A model generated the notes under the pieces. That model was not told the origin of the DNA and did not search any database. It saw only the letters and a list, made by a program, of their open reading frames with translations. A program made the translations under genes and the position numbers. Shown piece after piece: positions 33,149 to 43,122 of a stretch of DNA of 64,000 nt. The first letter of the stretch is position 1. Every line of letters starts with the position of its first letter. The DNA comes from Peptostreptococcaceae bacterium (GTDB lineage Bacteria; Bacillota; Clostridia; Peptostreptococcales; Filifactoraceae), in contig JAUMYO010000004.1 in NCBI GenBank assembly GCA_030528605.1, forward strand, positions 2,546 through 66,545. Reading direction: 5' to 3'.

Positions 33149-33192
33149 AAACCGATCGGTCTCAGATAAATTCTGAGCCTGATCGGTTTTTA
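33149..33192. terminator. rho-independent terminator between convergent clpB and pheT
   Basis: AAAACCGATCGGTCTCAG-ataaatt-CTGAGCCTGATCGGTTTTT (stem with a 2-nt internal mismatch, A-run and T-run flanks). Confidence 0.65.
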
Positions 33193-33378
33193 TCATACCT
33201 CTGATCCGCCAATGAAAGATCGATATTATTTCTAAACGATTTTTGAGCTTTAATGAGCAACCTTCCTGGGCAGACAGCAAGCTCGCATAGATCCTGTTGC
33301 CTTTTTCCCGGAAATCATTTTGAAAATTTTTTCGATTTTCTATCGTTCTCAGGATCTTAGAATCTCGTAAAGATCGAT

Positions 33379-35760
33379 CTATCTCAGAACAGCATTCGCT
33401 TCAATTTCAAGCTGCTGCAGGATCTTCTCCAATACCGGATCGATCTCTTCATCCGTCAAGGTCCGATCGCTCGCTCGGAATACCAGAGAAAACGCCACCG
33501 ATTTTTTATTTTCGCCCACCTGTTCTCCCTCGAATATATCGAAAAGCTTCACCGATTCCAAGTTTTTCTTTCCATACTTCTTGATGACGATCTCAAGAGA
33601 ACCTACAGCAGTTGATCGATCAACAACAAGAGCGATATCCTTGGTGATCGCCGGGAATCTTGGGATCTGATGATAAAGGACTTTAACATCAGAATGTTTC
33701 TGCGCCTTATCGATATAGATCTCAAAAAGATATACTCGCTTTTTGAGATCAAAATTTTCAAGAACGAGCGGATGGATCTCTCCGATCGTCGCAACGATAT
33801 CATCTCCGACATACACATCGGCACATCTGCCAGGATGATAAGTTTCGTTTTCTTTCTGCTTCACATAAGAGGCATCCTTGATCCCTATTCCTTCCAAAAT
33901 GCCTTGCAGTCTGGATTTTGCTGTAAAGAAACTCTCTCTGTCTCCATACACTCCCGCAACAAAAGATTTTTCTTCACTCGGAAGCTCCTCTCCTGTATCA
34001 AAGAAAGTATTTCCGTATTCAAACGCTGCAAACTCTTCATTCTTTTGAGAAATATTGGTATGGATCACTTCCAGCATCTCCGGTATCAGAGTCGTTCGCA
34101 TAACCGAGGTTTCTTCTCCAAGCGGATTTAGAAGTCGCAATGATCTATGATATTTTTCCCCTTGGATCTTGGTCTTCTTGATGGATGCAGGACTGATGAA
34201 AGAATATGTTGTGATCTCCGTCAACCCGTTCTCTCTGGCAAGGAGTTTCACACGATCTTCAAAATGTCGATCCTCTGATTTGATCGCTTGTGTTACCGGA
34301 GCAATGATCGGATTAGAACGGATATTATTATATCCGTAGATCCTGGTGATCTCTTCTATGATGTCTTCTTGGATCGTCATATCCATACGCTCCGCCGGAA
34401 CGACCACTTGGAGTTTGTCTCCATCCGCATGGACTTGGAATAACAGCTTTTGTAAGATGTCACAGATCGTTTTTTGTGGCAGCTTTTCGCCGATCAAGCG
34501 ATCGATCGTGCTGAATTTTGTCTCGATCATAGTCGGTTTATACTCATTTTCATATAAGTCGATACGATCTGAGACTACCTTTCCAAACCCCAGCTTTTCG
34601 ATCAGATGACATGCTCTGTCGATAGCATCTTTTGGGCGAAGAACATCGATCCCTTTTTCAAAATTTGAAGAGGCATCCGTTCGGATCCCAAGCCTTCTTG
34701 ATGTTAAGCGAATATTATCTGCGTCAAAATTTGCCGCTTCCAAGAAAATGTTTTTTGTGTTTTCGTCGATCTGAGTGCTTGCTCCACCCATCACGCCGGC
34801 GATGCCGATCGGCTTTTCTCCATCTGTGATCAACAATACATCTTCATCCAAATCATGCTCCAGATCATCCAAAGTCGTAATTTTTTCATCGGATCTTGCT
34901 CTGCGAACTACGATCTTCTTACTGTTCAGTTTGTCCGCATCATACGCATGAAGAGGCTGACCGTACTCGATCATAACATAGTTTGTGATATCGACGATAT
35001 TATTTATCGGTCTCATCCCATAACGGATCAGGCGTTGCTGTAACCAAAAAGGTGACGGACCGATCTTTACATCACGGATCTCTCGAAGGATAAATCTCGG
35101 ACAAAGATCTTTATCTAACACTTCCACCTGCGCAGAGATCTTATCATCGAGCTCTGCATGAAGTGAGATATCCGGTAGAGTGAATTTGGTATCCAAAGTT
35201 GCTGCGGTCTCTTTTGCTATTCCGATCAGAGAACGGCAGTCCGGTCGATTTGCTGTCAACTCAAACTCGATCACGACATCTTTTAACCCCATAGCTTCTA
35301 CTACATCCGCTCCGATCACGAAGTTTTCGCCCAGAAGATAGATCCCGTTTTTAGATCTTTCTTCAACATATTTGGTATCGATACCGAGTTCTTCACAGGA
35401 ACAAAGCATCCCGAAAGAATCAACTCCTCGTAATTTCCCTTTTTTGATCTTGATCCCATTTGGCAATACTGCCCCTTCCACAGCGACCGGAACGATATCC
35501 CCTACGGAAATATTATTTGCCCCCGTAACGATCTGAAGAAGGTCTTCTTTTCCTACATTTATCTTTGTGATCTGTAGTTTATCCGCATCCGGATGAGGAT
35601 GGATCTCCTCGATCTTTCCGATCGATATATTGACTATTTTGTCCCCAAGGTACTCGATCGTTTCTACTTTTGTCCCTGACATCGTCATTTCGTCGGCATA
35701 TCTTCTCGGTTCTACATTGATATCAACATAATCTTTCAGCCAATTTAATGATACTCTCAA
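33379..35760 (-). CDS. pheT: phenylalanine--tRNA ligase beta subunit
   Basis: 793 aa; MRVSLNWLKDYV N-terminus, tRNA-binding, B3/4, B5 and FDX-ACB layout. Confidence 0.95.
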   Translation of the reverse strand: MRVSLNWLKDYVDINVEPRRYADEMTMSGTKVETIEYLGDKIVNISIGKIEEIHPHPDADKLQITKINVGKEDLLQIVTGANNISVGDIVPVAVEGAVLPNGIKIKKGKLRGVDSFGMLCSCEELGIDTKYVEERSKNGIYLLGENFVIGADVVEAMGLKDVVIEFELTANRPDCRSLIGIAKETAATLDTKFTLPDISLHAELDDKISAQVEVLDKDLCPRFILREIRDVKIGPSPFWLQQRLIRYGMRPINNIVDITNYVMIEYGQPLHAYDADKLNSKKIVVRRARSDEKITTLDDLEHDLDEDVLLITDGEKPIGIAGVMGGASTQIDENTKNIFLEAANFDADNIRLTSRRLGIRTDASSNFEKGIDVLRPKDAIDRACHLIEKLGFGKVVSDRIDLYENEYKPTMIETKFSTIDRLIGEKLPQKTICDILQKLLFQVHADGDKLQVVVPAERMDMTIQEDIIEEITRIYGYNNIRSNPIIAPVTQAIKSEDRHFEDRVKLLARENGLTEITTYSFISPASIKKTKIQGEKYHRSLRLLNPLGEETSVMRTTLIPEMLEVIHTNISQKNEEFAAFEYGNTFFDTGEELPSEEKSFVAGVYGDRESFFTAKSRLQGILEGIGIKDASYVKQKENETYHPGRCADVYVGDDIVATIGEIHPLVLENFDLKKRVYLFEIYIDKAQKHSDVKVLYHQIPRFPAITKDIALVVDRSTAVGSLEIVIKKYGKKNLESVKLFDIFEGEQVGENKKSVAFSLVFRASDRTLTDEEIDPVLEKILQQLEIEANAVLR

Positions 35761-35772
35761 AAATACACCCCC

Positions 35773-36792
35773 TTAAAACTGCCTTAAGAATCTGAGATCA
35801 TTCTCATAGAACAATCGAATGTCTTCAATTCCATATTTTAACATTGCGATACGATCGATCCCCATTCCAAATGCAAACCCGGAATACTCTGTCGGATCGA
35901 TCCCGCAGTTTTTGAGTACATTGGGATGGACCATGCCGGCTCCCAATATCTCGATCCAACCTTCCTGCTTACAGATCGGGCAACCCTCTCCACGACATTT
36001 GAAACAGGTGATATCGACCTCCGCACTCGGCTCTGTAAAAGGAAAATTATGGGGTCTGAATTTTGCTTTAGTCTGCGGTCCGAACATCTGGCGAACAAAA
36101 GTTTCCAATGTGTCTTTCAAGTTAGCAAAAGTGATATCCTTATCTACCACCAACCCCTCGATCTGATGAAACATCGGCGAATGGGTCGCATCCGGAGTAT
36201 CATATCGAAAACATCTTCCCAGCGATACCATACGGATCGGCGGTTTTTGATTTTTCATGGTTCGGATCTGGACGGTCGAAGTGTGTGGTCTCAAAACGAT
36301 ATCCTTAGAAAAATAAAAAGTGTCGCTCATCTCTCTGGAAGGATGATATTTTGGTGAATTCAAATGGTCAAAACTGTTTTGGACCGTTTCCACCTCGGGA
36401 CCTTCTTCGATCGAAAAACCCATGGACATAAAGATCTCTTCGATCTCACTCATAGCTAAACTGATCGGATGCCTTTTGCCGACAAAAGTCGGATCTGCCG
36501 GGATCGTAACATCGATCTCTTCCGACAGGAGCTTCTTTTCAAGAACTTTTGCTTTAAGCTCCGTTTTCATTTGTTCGATCTTACCTTCAATATCCGAACG
36601 GATACTGTTTGCGATCGACCCCATCTCCGGTCGAACATCTGCAGGAAGTTTGCCTATCTCTTTGAGCATATTGGCAAGCTCATTCTTTTTTCCCAAAAAT
36701 TTCACTCGGATCTCTTCGATCTCATTAAGATCTATTGCTGAGCTCAGTTGATCGATCGCCTGTTCTTTTAGTTTTAATAATCTATCTTTCAA
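35773..36792 (-). CDS. pheS: phenylalanine--tRNA ligase alpha subunit
   Basis: 339 aa, TTG start behind GAGGTG; class II motifs FRYDTPDATHSPMFHQIEG and GFAFGMGIDRIAMLKYGI. Confidence 0.95.
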   Translation of the reverse strand: MKDRLLKLKEQAIDQLSSAIDLNEIEEIRVKFLGKKNELANMLKEIGKLPADVRPEMGSIANSIRSDIEGKIEQMKTELKAKVLEKKLLSEEIDVTIPADPTFVGKRHPISLAMSEIEEIFMSMGFSIEEGPEVETVQNSFDHLNSPKYHPSREMSDTFYFSKDIVLRPHTSTVQIRTMKNQKPPIRMVSLGRCFRYDTPDATHSPMFHQIEGLVVDKDITFANLKDTLETFVRQMFGPQTKAKFRPHNFPFTEPSAEVDITCFKCRGEGCPICKQEGWIEILGAGMVHPNVLKNCGIDPTEYSGFAFGMGIDRIAMLKYGIEDIRLFYENDLRFLRQF

Positions 36793-36801
36793 AATACACC
36801 T

Positions 36802-36987
36802 CTACTTATGAAAAACCAATTCTCCGGCTCGACCGTAATTTTCTGTTTCCATCTCACGAATGATCACGGTGACCGCTTCTTTCGAACATCCTACCGTTTC
36901 TACCAAAGCTTCCGTAACCTTCTTTACCATTTCTCTTTTTTGATCTACGGTCCTGCCCGCCATCATTTCTACTTGTACTACCGGCAT
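36802..36987 (-). CDS. 4-oxalocrotonate tautomerase family protein
   Basis: 61 aa beginning MPVVQVEMMAGRT (catalytic Pro1 after Met removal); AGGAGG RBS. Confidence 0.85.
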   Translation of the reverse strand: MPVVQVEMMAGRTVDQKREMVKKVTEALVETVGCSKEAVTVIIREMETENYGRAGELVFHK

Positions 36988-36995
36988 AATTCCTC

Positions 36996-39638
36996 CTATT
37001 TTCTCAACTGATCTATTCTCTCGATCACATTACTCAACATCTCTTTGTACTTATCGATCTTCGCTCTTTCTTCATCGATCAGACTCTGAGGTGCTTTCGC
37101 AACAAATCCCTGATTATTTAATTTCCCTTCGGCACGCTTGATCTCATCTTCAAATTTATTTTTTTCTTTTGAAAGACGCTCCAATTCTTTCTCATAGTCG
37201 ATCAGATCCGCCAATGGGATATAGATCTTGACCCCCTCCACTACCACATTTAGAGCATCTTCCGTACGATATTCTTTTTCGACAAACTCCACGCCTGAAG
37301 CGGAGGCAAGAGACATAAAATATCCTAAATGATCCTCCAATGCACTCTTCAAAGAATCTTCCGCATCAAATATCAGTTTAGCTTTTTTAGAAGGAGGGAC
37401 ATTCATCTCCGCTCTGGCATTTCGTATAGATCGGATCATTTCCATTATTTTAGACATCATTTGCTCCGCTTGCTCATTATGCTCTTTTTCTTCATAAGTC
37501 GGCCAAGCAGAAACAATGATCTTCTCATCCGAAGTCAATTTAGAATAGATCTCCTCGGTAATGAATGGCATAAATGGATGCAAAAGTTTCAAGATCCCTT
37601 CCAAAACATATTTTGCCGTACTCAATGCCATCTGTTTTGCTTGAATATCATCCCCGTATAATCTGGACTTGATCAACTCCAAATACCAATCGCAAAATTC
37701 AGACCACGCAAACTCATACACTTTTTCTGCAGCGATCCCGAGCTCAAACTTATCTAAGTTTACAGTCACTTCTTTTGTCACCGTATTAAGTCTGGATATG
37801 ATCCATCGATCACTGAGCTCCAAACCCTCTTGAAGCTCATTTAAATCTTTCGGAAGTTCTACATTTTCCATGTTCATCAATATGAAACGGGAAGCATTCC
37901 ATATTTTGTTTGCAAAGTTTCGAGACGCTTCGACTCTCTCCATATGAAAGCGCATATCATTCCCCGGGGAGTTTCCTGTTGCAAGAGTGAAGCGCAAAGC
38001 ATCCGCACCATATCGTTCGATGATATCCAGTGGATCGATCCCGTTACCCAGCGACTTACTCATCTTCTTACCCTCGGCATCACGAACCAAGCCATGAAGC
38101 AAAACATGTCTGAACGGCACTTCGTTCATGCAGAACATCGCGGCAAACACCATTCGGATGACCCAGAAGAAAATGATGTCCGGACCCGTAACAAGGACCG
38201 AGGTCGGATAATAATAGCGCAACAGTGCGGTACTGTTCGGCCATCCCAATGTACTGAAAGGCCAAAGTGCTGACGAGAACCAAGTATCAAGCACATCTTC
38301 ATCCTGTACGAATCGGCTCGATCTGCACTTTGGACACCTTGTGGGGAAAGTCCTGGATACTACGATCTCATCACAATCTTGGCAATAGTAAGCCGGGATC
38401 CGATGCCCCCACCAGAGCTGACGAGAAATATTCCAATCACGGATATTTTCAAGCCAATGATAATAGATCTTGTCAAAACGATTCGGAACAAGTTCCAGCT
38501 CTTTGTTTTGAAGTGCTTCGATCGCCGGTTTTGCCAGGTCTTCCATTTTGACAAACCACTGTTTTGAAAGCATCGGTTCAATGACCGTATCACATCGGTA
38601 ACAATGACCGACATTGTGAACATGATCTTTGATCTTCGCGATCGATCCGTCCTTTTCCAGATCTTCCACGATGGCTTTTCTTGCTTCAAATCGGCTCATT
38701 CCTTTATACTTACCCGCGTTCTCATTCATGACCCCATTGTCATCCATGATCCTCACACGAGGCAACGAATGGCGCTGACCGACTTCAAAGTCATTCGGGT
38801 CATGTGCCGGCGTGATCTTTACCACACCCGTTCCGAATTCCTTATCCACATAATCATCTTCGATGATCGGGATCTCTCGATCTACGTAAGGAACGGTAAC
38901 CGTCATACCGATGTATTTTTTATATCGTTCATCATTCGGATTGACTGCAACTGCCGTATCTCCCAAAATCGTCTCCGGTCTGGTGGTCGCGACCTCCAAT
39001 TTTTCACCGGTCTCTTTGATCGTATAATAAAAATGATAGAACTTACCCTGCGTTTCTTCGTGCTCCACTTCAGCATCGGAAAGAGATGTCGTACAATCCG
39101 GACACCAGTTGATGATCCGGTTGCCTCGATAGATATGACCTTGCTCGTACAGATCGACGAAAAATTCCGTAACGGCTTTGTTCAATCCCTCGTCCATCGT
39201 AAATCGTTCTTTTTCCCAATCGCATGAATCGCCGAGTTTTTTCATCTGCTCTACGATGCGACTGCCGAATTCATCTCGCCATGCCCACGCTCTTTTCAAA
39301 AACTCTTCTCGCCCCAGCTCCAACTTGCTGAGACCTTCCTGCTCTTTGATACGCTCTACGACTTTGACTTCGGTTGCGATCGAGGCATGATCCGTGCCGG
39401 GCTGCCAAAGAACATTGTAGCCCTGCATTCTCTTAAATCTTATAAGAATATCTTGTAATGTGTGATCCAAGGCATGTCCCATGTGTAGCTGCCCTGTAAT
39501 ATTCGGCGGAGGCAGCATGATCGTGAAGGGTTCTTTTGAGGCATCCGGTTTTGCAGTGAAATAACCGCCTTCCTCCCACATTTTATAGATCCTGCTCTCA
39601 AACTCCTTTGGGTCGTATGTCGTCGATAAATTTGCCAT
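36996..39638 (-). CDS. valS: valine--tRNA ligase
   Basis: About 880 aa; class I HIGH (QLHMGHAL) and KMSKS motifs, C-terminal coiled coil. Start placed at MANLSTTYDP. Confidence 0.95.
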   Translation of the reverse strand: MANLSTTYDPKEFESRIYKMWEEGGYFTAKPDASKEPFTIMLPPPNITGQLHMGHALDHTLQDILIRFKRMQGYNVLWQPGTDHASIATEVKVVERIKEQEGLSKLELGREEFLKRAWAWRDEFGSRIVEQMKKLGDSCDWEKERFTMDEGLNKAVTEFFVDLYEQGHIYRGNRIINWCPDCTTSLSDAEVEHEETQGKFYHFYYTIKETGEKLEVATTRPETILGDTAVAVNPNDERYKKYIGMTVTVPYVDREIPIIEDDYVDKEFGTGVVKITPAHDPNDFEVGQRHSLPRVRIMDDNGVMNENAGKYKGMSRFEARKAIVEDLEKDGSIAKIKDHVHNVGHCYRCDTVIEPMLSKQWFVKMEDLAKPAIEALQNKELELVPNRFDKIYYHWLENIRDWNISRQLWWGHRIPAYYCQDCDEIVVSRTFPTRCPKCRSSRFVQDEDVLDTWFSSALWPFSTLGWPNSTALLRYYYPTSVLVTGPDIIFFWVIRMVFAAMFCMNEVPFRHVLLHGLVRDAEGKKMSKSLGNGIDPLDIIERYGADALRFTLATGNSPGNDMRFHMERVEASRNFANKIWNASRFILMNMENVELPKDLNELQEGLELSDRWIISRLNTVTKEVTVNLDKFELGIAAEKVYEFAWSEFCDWYLELIKSRLYGDDIQAKQMALSTAKYVLEGILKLLHPFMPFITEEIYSKLTSDEKIIVSAWPTYEEKEHNEQAEQMMSKIMEMIRSIRNARAEMNVPPSKKAKLIFDAEDSLKSALEDHLGYFMSLASASGVEFVEKEYRTEDALNVVVEGVKIYIPLADLIDYEKELERLSKEKNKFEDEIKRAEGKLNNQGFVAKAPQSLIDEERAKIDKYKEMLSNVIERIDQLRK

Positions 39639-39663
39639 AACTTCCACTCTCCTCTTGTGTATA

Positions 39664-39893
39664 AATCAAAAGATCCCCCATCACAAAGGACGAGGGATCC
39701 GCGGTACCACCTTAATTCCGACATTGTCGGCTCTTTATTTCTTTAACGCAGAACTACGTTGTTGCTACTGCTATTTCACAACAAAACTCCAAAGCTACAT
39801 CGACAGTTTATTCCAAGAAATTTTCCAGCCACGAATTTCTCTCTCTTTAGGTGTAGGCTGCCGACCTCTTCTTCAACGTACTATATCAAATTT
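39664..39893 (-). promoter_or_regulatory. T-box leader (tRNA-sensing riboswitch), probable Val (GUC) specifier
   Basis: Minus strand contains AGAGA and GGCUGGAAA stem I elements, a candidate specifier loop GGAAUAAACU-GUC-GAUG, the T-box AAUUAAGGUGGUACCGCGGAUCC (39696-39718), and the terminator GAUCCCUCGUCC..GAUGGGGGAUCUUUU. Confidence 0.85.
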
Positions 39894-39899
39894 TTTTTC

Positions 39900-39928
39900 A
39901 TTATATATTAGATTTACCGATAATGCAA
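39900..39928 (-). promoter_or_regulatory. consensus-like promoter of the valS T-box leader
   Basis: Minus strand TTGCAT, 17 nt, TATAAT. Confidence 0.6.
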
Positions 39929-40075
39929 GACAAAAATCGGTAGAAGTCTTTATCTCAACAAAATTTTCTTTTTCCTTTCAGATCCATCTCAGAGAGATCG
40001 AAATGATCTGTCTTCTTCAAATCAAAGTAAATACAAAATTTTGGTCCGATCATTTGAAAGCCCCCGGGGTCTGTA

Positions 40076-40570
40076 TCAGATCGTGACATATTGAATATCG
40101 AAGTCATGCCCGGTCTTCTTCAAGACTTTCAAAACATCTTCAAAAGATAGAAAGATCGTTGCGGTGTTATCATTCGGATGGATCCCGAGATCCTTCTCTT
40201 TTTTGATATCTTTGTCAAAAATAAATTCTACGGCGTTTTCCGGATCATTGATCGCCGCAAGAGGTCCTACCTGTCCCGGAACGATCTTAAGATGTTTTGC
40301 CAATCGATCTTCCGATCCGAAACTTAATCTTGTACTGCCGATCTGTTTTGCGATCGCTTGTACATCCACCGTTTTATCCTTCGGGACTGTGATCACAAAA
40401 TGCCTTGTTCCCTTCGCATCTCGTACAAAAAAGTTTTTATACACTTCTCCATGTGATGTGATCCCTTCCTTCTCCATATCTTCTATCGTATGGCAGACAG
40501 GATGTTCCACCAGTTTGTAAGAGATCCCCATAGAATCTAAATATTTTAGTGTCTTTTCTTTATTATCCAT
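40076..40570 (-). CDS. YbaK/ProX-type aminoacyl-tRNA editing domain protein
   Basis: 164 aa; layout and motifs (KNFFVRDAKG, GQVGPLA) of prolyl-tRNA synthetase-associated editing domains. Confidence 0.8.
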   Translation of the reverse strand: MDNKEKTLKYLDSMGISYKLVEHPVCHTIEDMEKEGITSHGEVYKNFFVRDAKGTRHFVITVPKDKTVDVQAIAKQIGSTRLSFGSEDRLAKHLKIVPGQVGPLAAINDPENAVEFIFDKDIKKEKDLGIHPNDNTATIFLSFEDVLKVLKKTGHDFDIQYVTI

Positions 40571-40688
40571 TATTCCTCCTAAGTCGGTAATAGAGATATT
40601 ATATCAAGTTCAAACGCTTTAATCAATACCCGTCATCAGCTGTTCTGCCTGTTCTTTCCTCAAGATGAGAGGATCTTATATCGAAGAT

Positions 40689-41876
40689 CTATCCCAAATC
40701 GTTCCCTACGATGATATTTCCTCTTTCCAAAGAAATAAATACTTTTGAAATACCATGCTCTCGTTCTAAAAAATTTATCACCGATCTTTTTGTTTTATCG
40801 ATCGTCGTTTCGCTGAATTTGATGGGAACGACCATATCAAAGATCGCTTCGCTATGTGCTTTCTTCACGATCCTAAAATCGTGAATATCGATCGAAGGAT
40901 CGATCGTTTGGGCAAAACTTTTCGTTTCATCAAATATTTTTTTGATCTCGGGATCATCAAAATTGATCGGATCCATGTGGATCAAGATCCCGATCTTCAA
41001 ATTATTAGCGATCACCTTTTCTGCGTTATCTATGATATCATGCGCTTCTAACAGACCCAGATTATCTTGGACCTCCGCATGGACCGTCGCAAGGATCGTC
41101 CCCGCTCCATAGTTGTGAATGATCAGATCATGATAACCCATGATCCCTTCACAACTCATCAAAGTGCTGATGATCTCATCACACTGTTCCGGGTCCGGCA
41201 TCGTGCCTAAGATCGGATCGATCACGTCCTTTACGATATTCCATCCGTTATAAATGATCAGTATCGAAACGATCAAGCCGATATATCCGTCGATCGGGAT
41301 GGAAGTGGATCGATCAACGACTAAAGAGAGAATGATGATCGATGTCGTAGCGACATCACTCGTTGAATCCAGCGCCGCAGCGATCAAAGTTTTGGAATTT
41401 ATTTTCGTACCGATAACTTTATACAACTTGGATTGCCAGATCTTCAGTAAAACCGAAAAAATCAACAAAACCTGCGTCAATGATCCATGATCGATCTCGA
41501 TCGGATCCACGATCCTCTGCCAAGAAGTCCGAAGGAATTGAATGCCTACCACGATGACCATCATCGAGAGGACCAGAGCCGAAAGATATTCTGCCCTCCC
41601 ATGCCCAAAAGGATGCTCTTCATCCGCCGGTTTCCCGGCTACATAGAATCCTACAAGAGTCACGATGGATGCTCCGATATCAGACAGATTGTTCACAGCA
41701 TCCACCATTACAGCGATAGAATGGATGCTGAGCCCTATAAAAAGCTTTATAAGTGCGAGCAATGTGTTAGTAGCGACTCCGACAAAACCGCATAAATATC
41801 CATATTTTTTAACCACATGCGGATCTTTAGTATTATCCGCATCCTTTATAAAAATACGTATCAATAATCTTGTCAT
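40689..41876 (-). CDS. cation diffusion facilitator family transporter
   Basis: 395 aa; 6 TM, HPFGHGRAEY motif, cytoplasmic C-terminal domain. Confidence 0.9.
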   Translation of the reverse strand: MTRLLIRIFIKDADNTKDPHVVKKYGYLCGFVGVATNTLLALIKLFIGLSIHSIAVMVDAVNNLSDIGASIVTLVGFYVAGKPADEEHPFGHGRAEYLSALVLSMMVIVVGIQFLRTSWQRIVDPIEIDHGSLTQVLLIFSVLLKIWQSKLYKVIGTKINSKTLIAAALDSTSDVATTSIIILSLVVDRSTSIPIDGYIGLIVSILIIYNGWNIVKDVIDPILGTMPDPEQCDEIISTLMSCEGIMGYHDLIIHNYGAGTILATVHAEVQDNLGLLEAHDIIDNAEKVIANNLKIGILIHMDPINFDDPEIKKIFDETKSFAQTIDPSIDIHDFRIVKKAHSEAIFDMVVPIKFSETTIDKTKRSVINFLEREHGISKVFISLERGNIIVGNDLG

Positions 41877-41884
41877 CTTTTCGC

Positions 41885-42547
41885 CTACTTCAAGTGACCG
41901 GAAATTTTCTCAAGCGATGATGATCCGGGCAGATGATACACGTCCGCCTCACTTTCTACGCGGATCGCATCACCGATGATCTCAAAGACTGTGATCGACA
42001 AATTTGTAATAAATGGTTCTTTCCAAAAATCTTCGATCTTTCTATTGTTTACGACCGAGACCAGAGCTTTGATGTATGCTCCATGAGTGACCAAAAGCAC
42101 ATTGGCATTCGGATCACTTTTTGAGTAGCTTTTCATCTTTTGTAAAAATTCTCCCGCTCTTCCCAAAACGTCTTGGAAGCTTTCCGCACCCTCAGGCGGA
42201 ATATATCGAGCAGGAGATTTGAAATAATTGATATAATTGTTCCTAGTGACCTCATCAATACAGATCTCCTCTTGGGACTTCCCTTGCCAGTCACCAAAAC
42301 AAATCTCCGCAACCAAAGGTTCTTGTATGACCTCAAGCCCTCTGCCCTGGGCAATGATCTCAGCTGTTCTTAAAGCTCGTCCGAGGTGACTGGAAATGAT
42401 CAGGTCAAAAGGTTTGCTTTCCAGTTTTTTAGCCAACTCTTTCGCGCCTTGGATCCCCTCATCGGTCAAAGGGGAGTCGCTGTTTCCCTGGAGTATTTTT
42501 TTTCGGTTCATTTCGGTCTCGCCATGGCGAATCACAAATAATTTCAT
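41885..42547 (-). CDS. histidine phosphatase family protein (phosphoglycerate mutase-like)
   Basis: Start moved to ATG 42547 (MKLFVIRHGETEMN); RHGE catalytic motif and downstream TH. Confidence 0.85.
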   Translation of the reverse strand: MKLFVIRHGETEMNRKKILQGNSDSPLTDEGIQGAKELAKKLESKPFDLIISSHLGRALRTAEIIAQGRGLEVIQEPLVAEICFGDWQGKSQEEICIDEVTRNNYINYFKSPARYIPPEGAESFQDVLGRAGEFLQKMKSYSKSDPNANVLLVTHGAYIKALVSVVNNRKIEDFWKEPFITNLSITVFEIIGDAIRVESEADVYHLPGSSSLEKISGHLK

Positions 42548-42872
42548 CTTCAGATCCTCTCTCTCATGTTGCCTTAATAATATAAACATTATTATATCAT
42601 CAACAATCTATATTGCAAGCCTCAATCAAAAGTATCTTTTCAGCTTTCGATTTCATAATATTTTCATTTTGTCATCATAATAACGGATTACATCTTCTTT
42701 TCGTCTTAATATCCTAAAACACCCTAAAAATCAACGATTATATTTAATCTTGACCATATTGGATATCTCAAAAAAACGCAGACTTTCGATAATATTTTTG
42801 ACGGATTTCTGCCGTCAAAAGTGCCTATCAATTATCCGCTCTTCAAAAAAGTTATTTTTTTTGCTAAATGTA

Positions 42873-42901
42873 TTGACTATTGGTTACCAATGTTGTATAA
42901 T
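42873..42901 (+). promoter_or_regulatory. near-consensus sigmaA promoter facing away from the lysis genes
   Basis: TTGACT, 17 nt, TATAAT, followed by AAGGAGGTGAT. Confidence 0.6.
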
Positions 42902-42918
42902 ATACTTGTAAGGAGGTG

Positions 42919-43056
42919 ATAGACACGGAAGAAGAAGTCAAATGGATAGTAGCAATAACAGCAGTGATCAATCTAATAAATGCACTGCTTACACTATCCG
43001 AAAAAGCAAAAAGCGCTCCAAAAAAGAAGAAGCGCAAGGGCAACAAAAAGCGCTAG
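42919..43056 (+). CDS. candidate small membrane peptide with polybasic tail (start codon unresolved)
   Basis: Open frame ..(I)DTEEEVKWIVAITAVINLINALLTLSEKAKSAPKKKKRKGNKKR*, ending 8 nt before a terminator. Strong SD at 42911-42917, but no ATG/GTG/TTG at normal spacing; ATA 42919 or GTG 42916 are the only options. Confidence 0.3.
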   Translation: MDTEEEVKWIVAITAVINLINALLTLSEKAKSAPKKKKRKGNKKR

Positions 43057-43063
43057 CCACGCC

Positions 43064-43088
43064 GAGGGGGTTGCCCTCCCCCTCTTTT
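43064..43088 (+). terminator. rho-independent terminator
   Basis: GAGGGGG-ttgccct-CCCCCTC followed by TTTT. Confidence 0.65.
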
Positions 43089-43092
43089 AATT

Positions 43093-43121
43093 ATCATAAC
43101 ACAGAAAGGAGTTAAAATCAA
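43093..43121 (-). promoter_or_regulatory. candidate antisense promoter directed into the 3' end of the small peptide ORF
   Basis: Minus strand TTGATT, 17 nt, TGtTATGAT (extended -10). Confidence 0.4.
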
Positions 43122-43122
43122 A

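Noticed and set aside
42796-42820. Hairpin TTTTGACGG...CCGTCAAAA as terminator or att core
   Set aside because: No U-run follows the stem on either strand unless the A/T runs are themselves part of the stem, and the second copy needed to call an att site is not in the window.
42942-43115. ATG-initiated 57-aa frame MDSSNNSSDQSNKCTAYTIRKSKKRSKKEEAQ...
   Set aside because: The ATG is 24 nt from the SD, the product is low-complexity, and the frame runs straight through the intrinsic terminator hairpin. The other frame (TM helix plus basic tail ending before the terminator) looks more gene-like.
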